From Lingula anatina (lineage: Eukaryota > Animalia > Brachiopoda): a stretch of 64,000 nt of DNA. Shown piece by piece: positions 53,457 to 64,000 of the stretch (positions are counted from its first letter, which is position 1; each line of letters starts with the position of its first letter). The stretch lies in NCBI GenBank assembly GCA_051362555.1, contig CM120641.1:496001-560000 (forward strand). The letters are read 5' to 3'. A program made the position numbers and the translations under genes. The notes under the pieces were generated by a model, which saw nothing but the letters and a program-made list of their open reading frames with translations, ran no database searches and was not told the DNA's origin.

Positions 53457-53945
53457 TATTTTAATGTCTGACTTGCCAAGATTTCTAAAACAAGGGAATC
53501 AACAGAAACAAAAATTAAACAATCAGTATGAATTATAAACTATAATTAAGTCCATTTTTAAAAGAAATAATCATGGTTCTCTTTTACACCTAATTATATA
53601 CCTACCAAAAATATTAAACACATTTATAAGTAATAATAATAGTAATGCACGATCAGAAGAAAAATACACTTATTATAACTCAAATCACTTGAGTTGTACA
53701 TTTAAAAGCGGAGAATTCCTAGCTGATATGAAATATTTATGCCTGGTCTTTATGGATCCCTTCAGTCCAGAATCGTTCTTATCTCAGTAGGGAAAATACA
53801 AAGCAACATGGCTCTATAAAGATATTACACATGTATTAATAGCACTACTACATGTAGCGAGAAGAGACAAAGCTAGGGTGTCATTTTCATAATAGATATA
53901 ATGATAAAATATCCCCCGAATGTTATTGAAGAGTCCATGCCTTAC

Positions 53946-54027
53946 CAGTTTTCTGTCTTACAGTTCTTAGGAGATTTGTGCCTTGACTGATGTGTGGCGT
54001 TTCTCGGAGGGTGGTGTATTTAAATAC
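53946..54027 (-). promoter_or_regulatory. Putative core promoter and non-coding exon 1 of EF-hand copy 1
   Basis: On minus: TATTTAAATA (54026-54017), Inr-like TCAGTC (53990-53985), donor gtaagg after 53946; conserved in copy 2 near 57.13-57.22 kb. Confidence 0.55.
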
Positions 54028-54399
54028 AATCACATTAAAATGTATTGCAGATAAAGTTTCTTTGTCACATACTCTTGTCCCCTATTCCTCATGTTATCAA
54101 TCCTATTTTACCTGCAGGTTTCAAAGCCCACCTTTATCTAAGAAAATGTAAGTGCCAAACTACTGGTACATGTTTATGTGTGCTGAGGCTGAGTGTGCTG
54201 AGACCGAGACTGCCAATTGATGTGTAGCTTCGGTGCACAGTTAACCTTCACTGTAGAATTGGTGCTCCATATTGCCGTTTCTTCACTCTGAGCAGGTAGG
54301 TAAAAAAAAGGCAGATCAGTGTCTATGGTGCACAGGTAGCACTCACTGTGGAAACTGTGCTGACTATTACAGTCTCCCTACAGCGTGAGGGGAGACCAA

Positions 54400-54544
54400 C
54401 AGGCCCGTAGCCAGGGGGGGTTCAGGAGGTTCGAAAGTTCTGCCCCTTTTGTCAGGAAAAGGTCCATTCTGGGTAAAATTTTATCTAGGTACACATAAGT
54501 TTCATTGTAAAACCCCCCTTTTGAATTTGCTGGCTACAGGCCTG
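54400..54544. mobile_element. MITE with 5-bp TSD
   Basis: TIRs caggcccgtagccag / ctggctacaggcctg, accaa duplicated; the paralogous site near 57591 is empty. Confidence 0.88.
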
Positions 54545-54583
54545 ACCAATATGGTTGCCAATCATTGTTTGCAATTTAATAGC

Positions 54584-54769
54584 CTAGGCTGGGGGAGAGA
54601 TTTAAGACCCCAGGGTGTCTCACTAGGCTGGGGGAGAGATTTAAGACTCCTGGGTGTCTCACTAGGCTGGGGGAGAGATTTAAGACCCCAGGGTGTCTCA
54701 CTAGGCTGGGGGAGAGATTTAAGACCCCAGGCTGTCTCACTAGGTTTGGAGAGAGATTTAAGACCCCAG
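54584..54769. repeat. 39-bp minisatellite, ~4.8 units
   Basis: ctaggctgggggagagatttaagaccccagggtgtctca repeated; single unit in the paralog at ~57630-57668. Confidence 0.95.
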
Positions 54770-55572
54770 ACACCCCCGGCAAGACATATAGGCAGCCCCC
54801 CCCCCCTGACACCCCCCTAAATCTGCCTCTGTAGCATCAGAACTGATTTTGTAAAATGACACTAGTTTCTGGTTGCCAGAATTGTTTTTTTTTAAACGAA
54901 GGTATAGTTTCTGTTTGCCAAGTTTGTTTTTGTGAAAAAGGACACTGGTTATTGGTTGATTTAATCATAGAGACTGGTCTGTAGTCTCTTCTGCCTCTGT
55001 GTGTGGTGGAGAGAGGCCGTAATATTGAGCATGGCCTATAGACTGAAGGCTACAATTTAATGCAGACACTGATCAGAGGTTGTCTCAGTCTCAGCCTCAG
55101 CGCATGGCAAGATAAAACTGTTACACACTGCACAGCTTCAGAGGTGAAAGCTGCCTTTGTGCCGTAGACATTGATGGACAATTGACCCTTTTTCTGTCCT
55201 CTCCTTTTTCGCTACACAAAAACAATTTGGGTTTTATTCCTATATTGAGAGAAACACATATCAAACACTAGGATATGTTTTATTCCACATATGATATACA
55301 CATCTGTAAAGAGTAAAGACAATTATGATAAAAAACTAACACTGAATACTGCCCTCATTACCGATCCTTACCATATGACACAATTTGAGGAAAAACATGG
55401 AAAACAAGTTAGTTTGTGATATTTTGTGAAATTTGTCTTTGTAAGGAATCACCATTGTGTAACATGGTAGCCAATCTCAAGCACCACATTTCTAAAATGC
55501 AGTCAGATGGGAAGAAGAAACAGTAAAGCAGCAATCAGTAACATGCTACCATATTAGGCATTGCCAACATCA

Positions 55573-56638
55573 TTAGGCACGGCTACCAAAAATGATATCA
55601 GTGGTACTGAAATTTTGATGGTACCAATAGAGGTCCCATGCACTAATAAATTCCTCTGCATCAAGGAAGCCATTTGCATTTTGATCAATTGCATCAAATA
55701 TTGGTTGAATCTCAGCTGTGTTGCGAAAAACAAAAAGGAATTTGGAATACTCATCTACTGTCCACTTGCCATCGCAGTCAATATAAAACGTGCCAAACAA
55801 ATCTGATGTGAGTTCAGCAACCTCCTTGATTGTAATAGGAATGTCTATCTCAGACTCTTGAAGAAATTCTTCCAACGTAATGTTTGTTTTATAGTTTGTG
55901 TGTTTGTTTGACCAAAAGACCCGAAAGGCATTGGAATACATACCATTCATTGCCAAAGCTCTCCAAGATGGCAGAACTTTTTGAGCTCGTTTTGTTGTTA
56001 AACCAACATATTCCTCTTCAGTAACGATGCCATCTTCATCAACGTCAATGATATCAAAGAATGCTTTGTACTTGGTAATCCAGTAGGAACTAAAGTTTCG
56101 GTTGGTGTTCTAAAATATGAAGAAATTATCCGTCTTTCATATTAGGAGTTGATCTCTGGCTGGGATATATATTTAATATTTTGCAGGTTTATTATTTGTT
56201 TTAGATATGACATTTTCTTACATGTATTTTGTTTGAATATTTGAAAATTATTTTTGAATAGGGTTTAAAATGGACATACAGTATGAGATGCTGTAATTGT
56301 TTTGAACAGGTGAATTATTTTTCTTAGAAATGACATTGATTATGCCAAATAAAAATTGGCTTTATGAAAAATTGGTTTCTTGATGTTGAGTCACCATCCA
56401 AGAAATAAAATCCTCTAATTCAATGAAGTGAAACACACTGAAAGGTTACAGACCAGCAGAAAATTCCACCCCAACTCCCTGTACTTAAGAACCATATACT
56501 GCCTGCCTGACAATGTTGTCTTAGCTTGTTTAACTAAACCAGTGAACACTTTTCTGGACCTACCTTCAAAACACTTGAAGAATCAACAACAAGAACAGCA
56601 ACCAGTAGGAGCAGACTTATCAGCTTAATGGATACCAT
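55573..56638 (-). CDS. Secreted SCP/calexcitin-like EF-hand protein, copy 2 (203 aa; coding exons 56638-56564 and 56109-55573)
   Basis: Same structure as copy 1 (MVSIKLISLLLLVAVLVVDSSSVLK|NTNRNFSSYWITKY...); EF3 loop starts with Y instead of D. Confidence 0.87.
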
Positions 56639-56774
56639 TATTTTAAAGTCTGACTTGCCAAGATTTCTAAAACAAGGGAATGAACAGAAACAAAAAGTAA
56701 ACAACCAGTATTAGATATAAACCAATAAGGTCCATTTTTAAAGAGATAATCAGGGTTATAAGGGTTATTTATAA

Positions 56775-56814
<40 letters not shown>

Positions 56815-58189
56815 TAAGAAGAAGAAGAATACATTTATTATAACACAAATCACTTGAGTTGTACATTTAAAAGTGGGGAATTCCTAGCTGATATTGAACA
56901 TTTATGCCTGGTCTTTATGGATCTCTTCAGTCCTGTATCAGTCTTATCTCAGCAGGGCAAATACAAAGCAATGTGGCTCTACAAAGCTGTTACACATGTA
57001 GCTCTCGGTCTTATAGACTACAGTCAAAGTACTACTACATGTAGCGAGAAGACACAAAGCTAGGGTGCCATTTTCATAATAGATATAATGATAAAATATC
57101 CCCCAAATGTTATTGAACAGTCCATGCCTTACCAGTTTTCTGTCCTACAGTTCTTAGGAGATTTAATTGTGCCTTGACTGATGTGTGGAGTTTCAAGGAG
57201 GGTGGTTTATTTAAATACACAATCACATTTCAGTGTATTCCAGATAAAGTTGCTTCGTCACGTACGCGTGTCCCCTATTCCTCATGTTATCAATCCTATT
57301 TTACCAGCAGGTTTCAAAGCCCACCTTTATGTAATAAAATGTAAGCACCAAACTACATGTTCATATGGGCCGAGACCGAGTGTGCTGAGACCGAGATGTC
57401 CGCCAGTTGATTTGTAGCTTCGGTGCACAGTATAAGCCTTCACTTCAGAATTGGTGCTCCATATTGCGGTCTGTCCCCTCTAAGCGGTGAGGCAAAAAAA
57501 AAAAAAAAGGCAGATTATTGTCTATGGCGCACAGGTAGCACTTGCTGTGGAAACCATGTTGACTATATTACAATCTCAGTGTGCGAGGAGGCCAATATGG
57601 TTGCCAATCATTGTTTGCAATTTAATATTCTAGGATGGGGAACAGATTTAAGACATCAAGGTGTCTCACCTTGCTGTAGGATGGACAGAGTTTGAATTTA
57701 TTTTATTTAAAAAAAAAAAGAAAGGAAAAAAAAAACGATTCTGGCAACTAGCAATGTAGTGTTGTGTTTTAAACATGAACCTGGCAACTAAAAACTATAG
57801 GGTCTTTTTTCAAATACGATTCTGATGCTGAGGATCGTTTAATCATTTTTGTTGGGGGGAAAAAGGGGTGGATGGAGGAAAGAGCAACTGCCAATTGATG
57901 TCTACCACAACCAGGTCACTTTCACCATGGAAGCCAGGCTGTGAATTATGGTCTCTTGATGGGAGGCCAAAATGACCAACGATTGATGTCAACAGTCCAC
58001 AGGTAGCCTTCACCACGCAAGCTGGGCAGGGTGTTGCTGTCTCTCTGCCCCATACACTGTCACCTAGACAATTGCCTATTGATGTCCCCTGCCTTGAGGG
58101 AAGCTAGAGTGTCTCTTTGTTGTTTGGAATATAATTTTTTATTTAACTGAATTTTAAAAAATGATTCTGGTCCCCGAAACCAGTGTTTT

Positions 58190-58870
58190 TTTGTGTACAG
58201 ACACAGATGTGTCTGTACATATAGCCGTCACCTGCGTCTGTCGTCGCCGTTGCCGGTGCCGTTGGCGTGCACTTTTACCGTAAACACGATAAGTGGAAAA
58301 CGGTTTTACGTTTTGGCTTGAAACTTACAGAACTGATGAATATTCATAATATTCAGCTCAAGTTCGAAAATCAGTATGATCGGGCCATTTTTAGTGAAGT
58401 TATGCTGTTTTTTCACTTTTTTCAGCATATATGCATTGCCGTAAACACGATAAATGGAAAACGGGTTTACCTTTTGGTTTGAAACTTACAGAACTGATGA
58501 ATATTCATAATACGCAGGTCAAGTTTGAAAATCAGCATGATTGGGTCATTTTTAGGGAAGTTATGTATTTTTTTCACTTTTTTCAATGTATATGCAACAC
58601 CGTAAACATGATAAGTGAGAAACCGTTTTACCTTTTGACTTGAAACTTACAGAACTGATGAATATTCATAATATGCAGGTCAAGTTCAAAAATTGGCTTG
58701 ATTGGACTATTTTTACAAAAGTTATGCTGTTTTTTCCTTTATTCAGCATACATGCAACACTGATAACGCATTTTAAGGAAAACTAATCAGCCTTTTGTCT
58801 TGCAACTCAAAGGAGTGATCAATCTGACCAGTATACAGATCAAGTTTGAAAATAAGCTTGATCAGTTAAG
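58190..58870 (+). mobile_element. Helentron/HINE-like 5' end with ~161-bp tandem repeats
   Basis: Hairpin tgtacagacacagatgtgtctgtaca, (gtc/gccgtt)-type microsatellite, gaaacttacagaactgatgaatattcataat at 58320, 58481 and 58642, degenerate unit near 58800; 3' end not identified. Confidence 0.7.
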
Positions 58871-61135
58871 ATTTGATGAAGTTATTAGACTTTTGGTATA
58901 TAAGTGGTTTTTCTTCAGATTTAATTCTTAGGCATGTTAACAGTCTCATTATGGAAATAATTAGATATGTAAAAGTGTTATTTTGACATTTTCTGCTTCT
59001 TAACAATATTGTTAGTTGATTATATAAAAATGATGGTAAACCTATTATCGTGCATTGTGTAATATCAAAAATGGAAAGGAACTCATCATTGCAGTTCGTC
59101 AGATTCAATCATTCACTATGTTCAGAATCTCCGAATGGAGCAAATTGGACATTTAAAATTGTTCTACTGATATTTTTCCTATGTCAACAATTTTCCTAGT
59201 TGATCATTTAAAAATGACAGTAAATTGATTATTTTGTTTTATGTAAAAAAGGTGTTGAAAATGGAAAGAAAATCATTTCAGTACAGTTATCTCTTGTTTA
59301 CATTTTGGCATTTTGAAAGTTTGACTCTGAACTTCCATGGCCTTGGAGAACTTTCCATATCACATTTTCTGAATATCCATGATACTTTTATTTTTTTTAT
59401 AAAAAATTGATGCTCATTATGCTGTTAAGTATTATGTTATATTGCATGAAAGTTGAAGAAAACCCTATTTTGGACACTGCTGCCAGGATAGCGATTAAGG
59501 GAAAACCATATGTTACTTAATATACTCAAACTTACTGAAAAGTTTCATAAGACAGTAGTGCAGCTTGTGTTGGAAAACCAGTGTGATTGTCTTCTGTTTT
59601 GGAAGCAATGCAGTTCTATAGAGTGCTATATGGTGCAATAAATGTATATGGATAGCAGGCAGTATGCTAATTCAGGGTTATTAATTAATTTTCAAGTTAT
59701 TTCAGGGTTATAAAGTAATTTGCTTAATTAATTTTCAAGTGGCCATTAAATGAGATTACATAAAACACACATTGAGATTTCATTGTAAAGTCCCATAGGT
59801 TTAGCTCTTTTAACTGTGTCACATAATTAGGAATCGATGATTATTATGCAGGTAAATGTTATTTAATATTGAAAATAATTTTACAAAAGAAAAATTTGTG
59901 TAACGCTTACATTAATGCTAAAGAGGAATAACAGTGCATTACTATTCTCAAACTCAATAGGGTTATTCATATCATGTTAGTAATTATACAGCTAGATTAA
60001 AAGTTTGAATAGCAGCTTTATTGGAATTTTTTGTTATGATTTATTTTACATTTTCTTTTAATTATTTTTCAAACACTAGCATCTTCAAGATGTCACTTTC
60101 AACTCCCATCCACCAGAAGCGCTGTGCATTTTCTGTTTTTCCACATTAGCAGTTGTGTTGGTTTTTATGTCTTTAAACATTGTGTAATATTATTTTATGC
60201 ACTGTCATCATTTTTCACATCTTGGGATTTTCATTATGTGAATTTGAACTCTCACATATGGTCCTGAAACTGTTATCTTATTGACCATGTTATTCTGTTT
60301 TGTATATTTTTTTGAAATTTTTATCTTTCACTTACTGGCATTTTCAGTGTGGGACTTATAACTCCCAAGGGCAAGTAACAGTTCACTTTTATTGATACTT
60401 CCTGTTGTGCAATATTTGCAACTTGACTCTGCAGTTAAAGGGATAATAACTGTTCTTTTTGGCAAATAATCCAAACCTTTTTTTTTTTAAATTTATTATT
60501 ATTTTTATTTTATTTTATTTTATTTTATTTTAGCTTTCAGCTTTTTCCTTTCACAGGTGTCGAGCAAAGAGTAAACAATACATCAATTATAAGAGGTGCA
60601 ATCACTGAGCTAAAAATGTAGCAAAAATGTTGCTAAAACATGCCAAACAGTTGCTGTAAATAGAACTACTTTGTTGTGTATATACATATTCCTATAACCC
60701 TAGCGCACACTACAACCTTATCACTCTACGTAGTGATATCTTGAATAAAGTTAGTTTGGCAAGCACATGGTGTCTTGAGTTGATAACACTCATAAACAGT
60801 TGCAAGTGTTGCACAGGGTAAACAATGTATCAGTGTAAGAGATTCAATTACTTTGTTAGAAATGTAGCAAGCATGTTGGTAAAATCATGCCAACGAGTTG
60901 CACTCTTTGCCTAGCCAGGTCAGCCCCAATCTTTGCTAAACTTTTTCACAAACAACAAAAAGCACACTCCCTCACCCTCCCTATTACCTCCCCATTCCCA
61001 TCCCTTCCCCTACACACAAAAAAACAATTCTTGCAACTAAGTGTCAGAAATGTTTATTTCTTAATACAACATTAGTTTTTTGTTGCCAGAATTGTTTTTT
61101 AAATAAAATGAATTCCGCCTACAGCAAGGCAAGAC

Positions 61136-61293
61136 GGGGCCATAGCAACAGTCTGAAGGTTCATTGGTTGGAATGTTCACTATAGAACCTTCGGACCAAT
61201 GAACCCTTGATTAAAAAACTGATGAAAACTCTACCATTTTTCTGACCAATGAACCTTCGGACTAATGAACCTTTGGTATATTGAGATGCCCCC
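61136..61293. mobile_element. Second copy of the 41844-42017 MITE
   Basis: Colinear similarity; flanks ggcaagac / agcaagac. Confidence 0.82.
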
Positions 61294-61932
61294 AGCAAGA
61301 CATGGGCAGGACCCCTCTGACACACCCCCTATATATGCCTCTGTAGCGTCACAACTGATTTTGTAAAATGACATTAGTTTCTGGTTCCCAGAATTGTTTT
61401 TTTTTAACAAAGCTAGTTTCTGGTTGCTAAGTTTGTTTTCGAAAAAGGACACTGGTTTTTGGTTGATTTAATCATAGACACTGATCAACAGTCTTTTCGG
61501 CCTCTGCGTGTGGCGGCAAGAGGCCGTAATATTGGAAGGCTACCTGTATGCAGATGCTGATCAGAGGTTGTCTCAGCCTCAGTGCATGGCAAGGAGATAC
61601 TCTAACATCCAGCATGTACAGCTTAAGCTGGGAAAGCTGCCTGTGTGCCGTACACACTGATCACCTGTCACCCCTTCTTCTGTCCACTCCTTTTTCTTCC
61701 ACAAAAACAATTTGGGTGTTATTCTTATTTTGAATGAAAAAAAATACCAAACAGGAGGATTTGTTTTATTTCAAATATGATATAGGCTAGCAGCTGCAAA
61801 GAGTAAAGACAATAATAAAAAACAAACAATGAATACCGATATCTTTACCATGACACTATTTCGAGGAAAACTGAAAAACATCGAAAACAAGTTAGTGTCT
61901 GATATTTTGTGAAATTTGTCTTTGTACATTGT

Positions 61933-62563
61933 AGAAGGTAGGGAATACCTTTTGCATTACGTATGATTGGCCTTATTTTTTTAGTGTGATGCGTTATTTG
62001 AGCCCAATATTCTGCGTGAAATGTAATTCAGGTACTTCTTTGTTCTGGGTTACTGGTATAAATGTATCAACTTGATTCGCGATTTACCCTTCCAAATCTA
62101 CAGGATTCGTGAAAACGTTTAATAAGGATAACAGGAATTTGTTCTAGAACGTTGCGAACTTTGCATCATGATTGTAAGGCGATCACTCACTAGAGATAAA
62201 TACAACAAACTTTTCAAACAAGGAAGGTAGAAAAGTGGAAATGTGACTAGTTTACGGTTCAATTCGTATAATGTATATATTATCACCTTAGTCTCTGTCA
62301 CGGGAATCCTGACCAATGAGAATGGCTGAATATCTCTAAGCAGACACTTCCTGTCATTTAACACAAAAAATAAATTATTCTGGTAATGTTATAAGTTCTT
62401 TGCATTTCTGCAAGTACGGCAATTTTCTATCTTGATGAATGGTGATAGCTTTCTATTCCTTGTGATTGGTGATTGACCTGAATATTTCTTCGTGATTGGT
62501 GATTGACCTATTTTAATTCTTCATAATTGGTGATTAAGGGGGGGGGGGTATTCCCTACCCTCT
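61933..62563. mobile_element. ~630-bp TIR element inserted downstream of EF-hand copy 3
   Basis: TIRs agaaggtagggaatacc / ggtattccctaccctct, ttgt on both flanks; absent at the paralogous sites (~52250, ~55440). Confidence 0.8.
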
Positions 62564-62626
62564 TTGTAAGGAATCGCCATTTTGTAACATGGTAGCCAAT
62601 GGGTATCTCAAGCACCACATGACTAA

Positions 62627-62835
62627 GACCCCATTTCCACATTTTTCTACTTTAGATGGACCTAACTCCCTGGGGGTTCATGCTAAATAGCTGTCAGATG
62701 AGCGGACGCCAAAGTTAATTACCCCCTTACAGCTTGTAGTAGGCAGGACGGACATTTAAGCTGGATTATCTGACAGTAATCTAGTGAGACTCCCTGCGGG
62801 GATAGATCGATCTAAAAGCTCTGGGAATACAGCCT
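62627..62835. mobile_element. ~210-bp Harbinger-like MITE inserted just downstream of the EF-hand copy 3 stop
   Basis: Interrupts gactaa|aatgcagtc of copy 1; TAA on both sides; imperfect TIRs. Confidence 0.65.
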
Positions 62836-62912
62836 TAAATGCAGTCAGATGGGAAGAAGAAACAGTAAAGCAGCAATCAGTAACATGCTACCTTTAGTCA
62901 TTTCCAACATCA

Positions 62913-63976
62913 TTAGGCACGGCTACCAAAAATGATATCAGTGGTACTGAAATTTTGATGGTACCAATAGCGGTCGCATGCACTAACAAATTCCTCTGCA
63001 TCAAGGAAGCCATTTGCATTCTGATCAATAGCATCAAAAATTGGTTGAATCTTAGCTGTGTTTCGATAAACAAAAAGGAATTTGGAATACTCATCTACTG
63101 TCAACTTGCCATCGCAGTCAATATCAAATATGCCAAACACATTTGATGAGATTTCAGCGACCTCCTCTGTTGAAATAGGAATGTCTATCTCAGATTCTTG
63201 AAGAAAGTCTCCCAACGTAATGTTTGTTTTATAGTTTGTGTATTTGTTTGACCACCAGACCCGAAAGCCATTGGAAAACATACCATTCACCGACATAGCT
63301 CTCCAAGATGGCAGAACTTTTTGAGCTCGTTTTGTTGTTAAACCAACAAGTTCCTCTTCAGTAACGATGCCATCTTCATCTACGTCAATGATGTCAAAGA
63401 ATGCTTTGTAATTAGTAACCCAGTAGGAACTTAGTTTCGGTTGGTGTTCTAAAATATGAAGAAATGATCCGTCTTTCATATTAGGAGTTGATCTCTGGCT
63501 GGGATATATATTTTATATTTTGCAGGTTTATTATTTGTTTTAGATATGACATTTTCTTGCATGTATTTTGTTTGAATATTTGAAAACTATTTTTGAATAG
63601 GGTTTAAAATGGACATACAGTATGAGATGCTGTAATTGTTTTGAACAGGTGAATTATTTTTCTTAGAAATGACATTGATTATGCCAAATAAAAATTGGCT
63701 TTATGAAAAATTGGTTTCTTGATGTTGAGTCACCATCCAAGAAAAAAATCCTCTAGTTCAATGAAGTGAAACAGACTGAAAGGTCCCAGACCAGCAGAAA
63801 ATTCCACCCCAACTCCCTGTATTTAAGAACCATATACTGCCTGCCTGACAATACTGTCTTAGCTTGTTTAACTAAACCAATGGATGCTTTTCTAGACCTA
63901 CCTTCAAAATACTTGAAGAATCAACAGCAAGAACAGCAACCAGTAGGAACAGACTTATCAGCTTAATGGATGCCAT
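62913..63976 (-). pseudogene. EF-hand gene copy 3, frameshifted in the spliced form; alternative 188-aa signal-less ORF 63479-62913
   Basis: Signal exon 63976-63902 intact, but the main exon is 536 nt versus 537 in copies 1 and 2, so the splice reads NTNRN-stop (TAA at 63433-63431); the rest of the frame is open. Confidence 0.7.
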
Positions 63977-64000
63977 TATTTTAAAGACTGACTTGCCAAG

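Noticed and set aside
54584-54769. CRISPR-like 39-bp repeats
   Set aside because: Head-to-tail units with no unique spacers, eukaryotic context, no cas genes; the same applies to the 145-bp and 161-bp arrays.
60557-60621. Strong acceptor (tttcacag) as the next exon of the EGF gene
   Set aside because: The phase-1 reading has no cysteine to finish EGF6 and reaches a stop after about 20 codons.
52387-63479. EF-hand proteins as aequorin/obelin-like photoproteins (EF1/3/4 pattern, C-terminal YWY...IFG resembling FWY...LYG)
   Set aside because: By eye, the positions of the photoprotein His and C-terminal Tyr of the His-Trp-Tyr triad are W/C and L/F here; general SCP-family membership explains the resemblance.
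53246-63966. Three similar plus-strand 66-aa ORFs (MKHT...VGADLSA) at 53246, 56428 and 63766
   Set aside because: They are the antisense shadow of the signal-peptide exon and adjacent intron, repeated because of the recent duplication; GTG starts.

Overview
AT-rich animal genomic DNA with spliceosomal introns; the repeat and receptor types suggest a marine invertebrate, probably a lophotrochozoan such as a mollusc (inference). Contents: (1) 0-12 kb, mostly transposon remains: a decayed Tc1 (DD34E) nested in a Harbinger-type element, several MITEs and a decayed L1/Tx1-like LINE; (2) a minus-strand, single-coding-exon FMRFamide-receptor-like GPCR (13199-14290); (3) a large plus-strand gene starting near 25.7 kb and running off the window. 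Its exons, assembled by eye, give signal peptide, a C2/MNNL-like region, a DSL domain, two alternative propeptide+Gla exons, a 25-nt aromatic-stack exon and at least 6 Notch-type EGF repeats; (4) apparently inside an intron of that gene and antisense to it, three tandem copies of a signal-peptide-bearing SCP/calexcitin-like EF-hand gene (two intact, one frameshifted). The main candidate novelty is the DSL/Gla/EGF gene: its Gla module has the exon layout of vertebrate coagulation factors, and reading frame makes the two Gla exons mutually exclusive. All gene models come from splice signals and reading frame only; there is no transcript evidence here.
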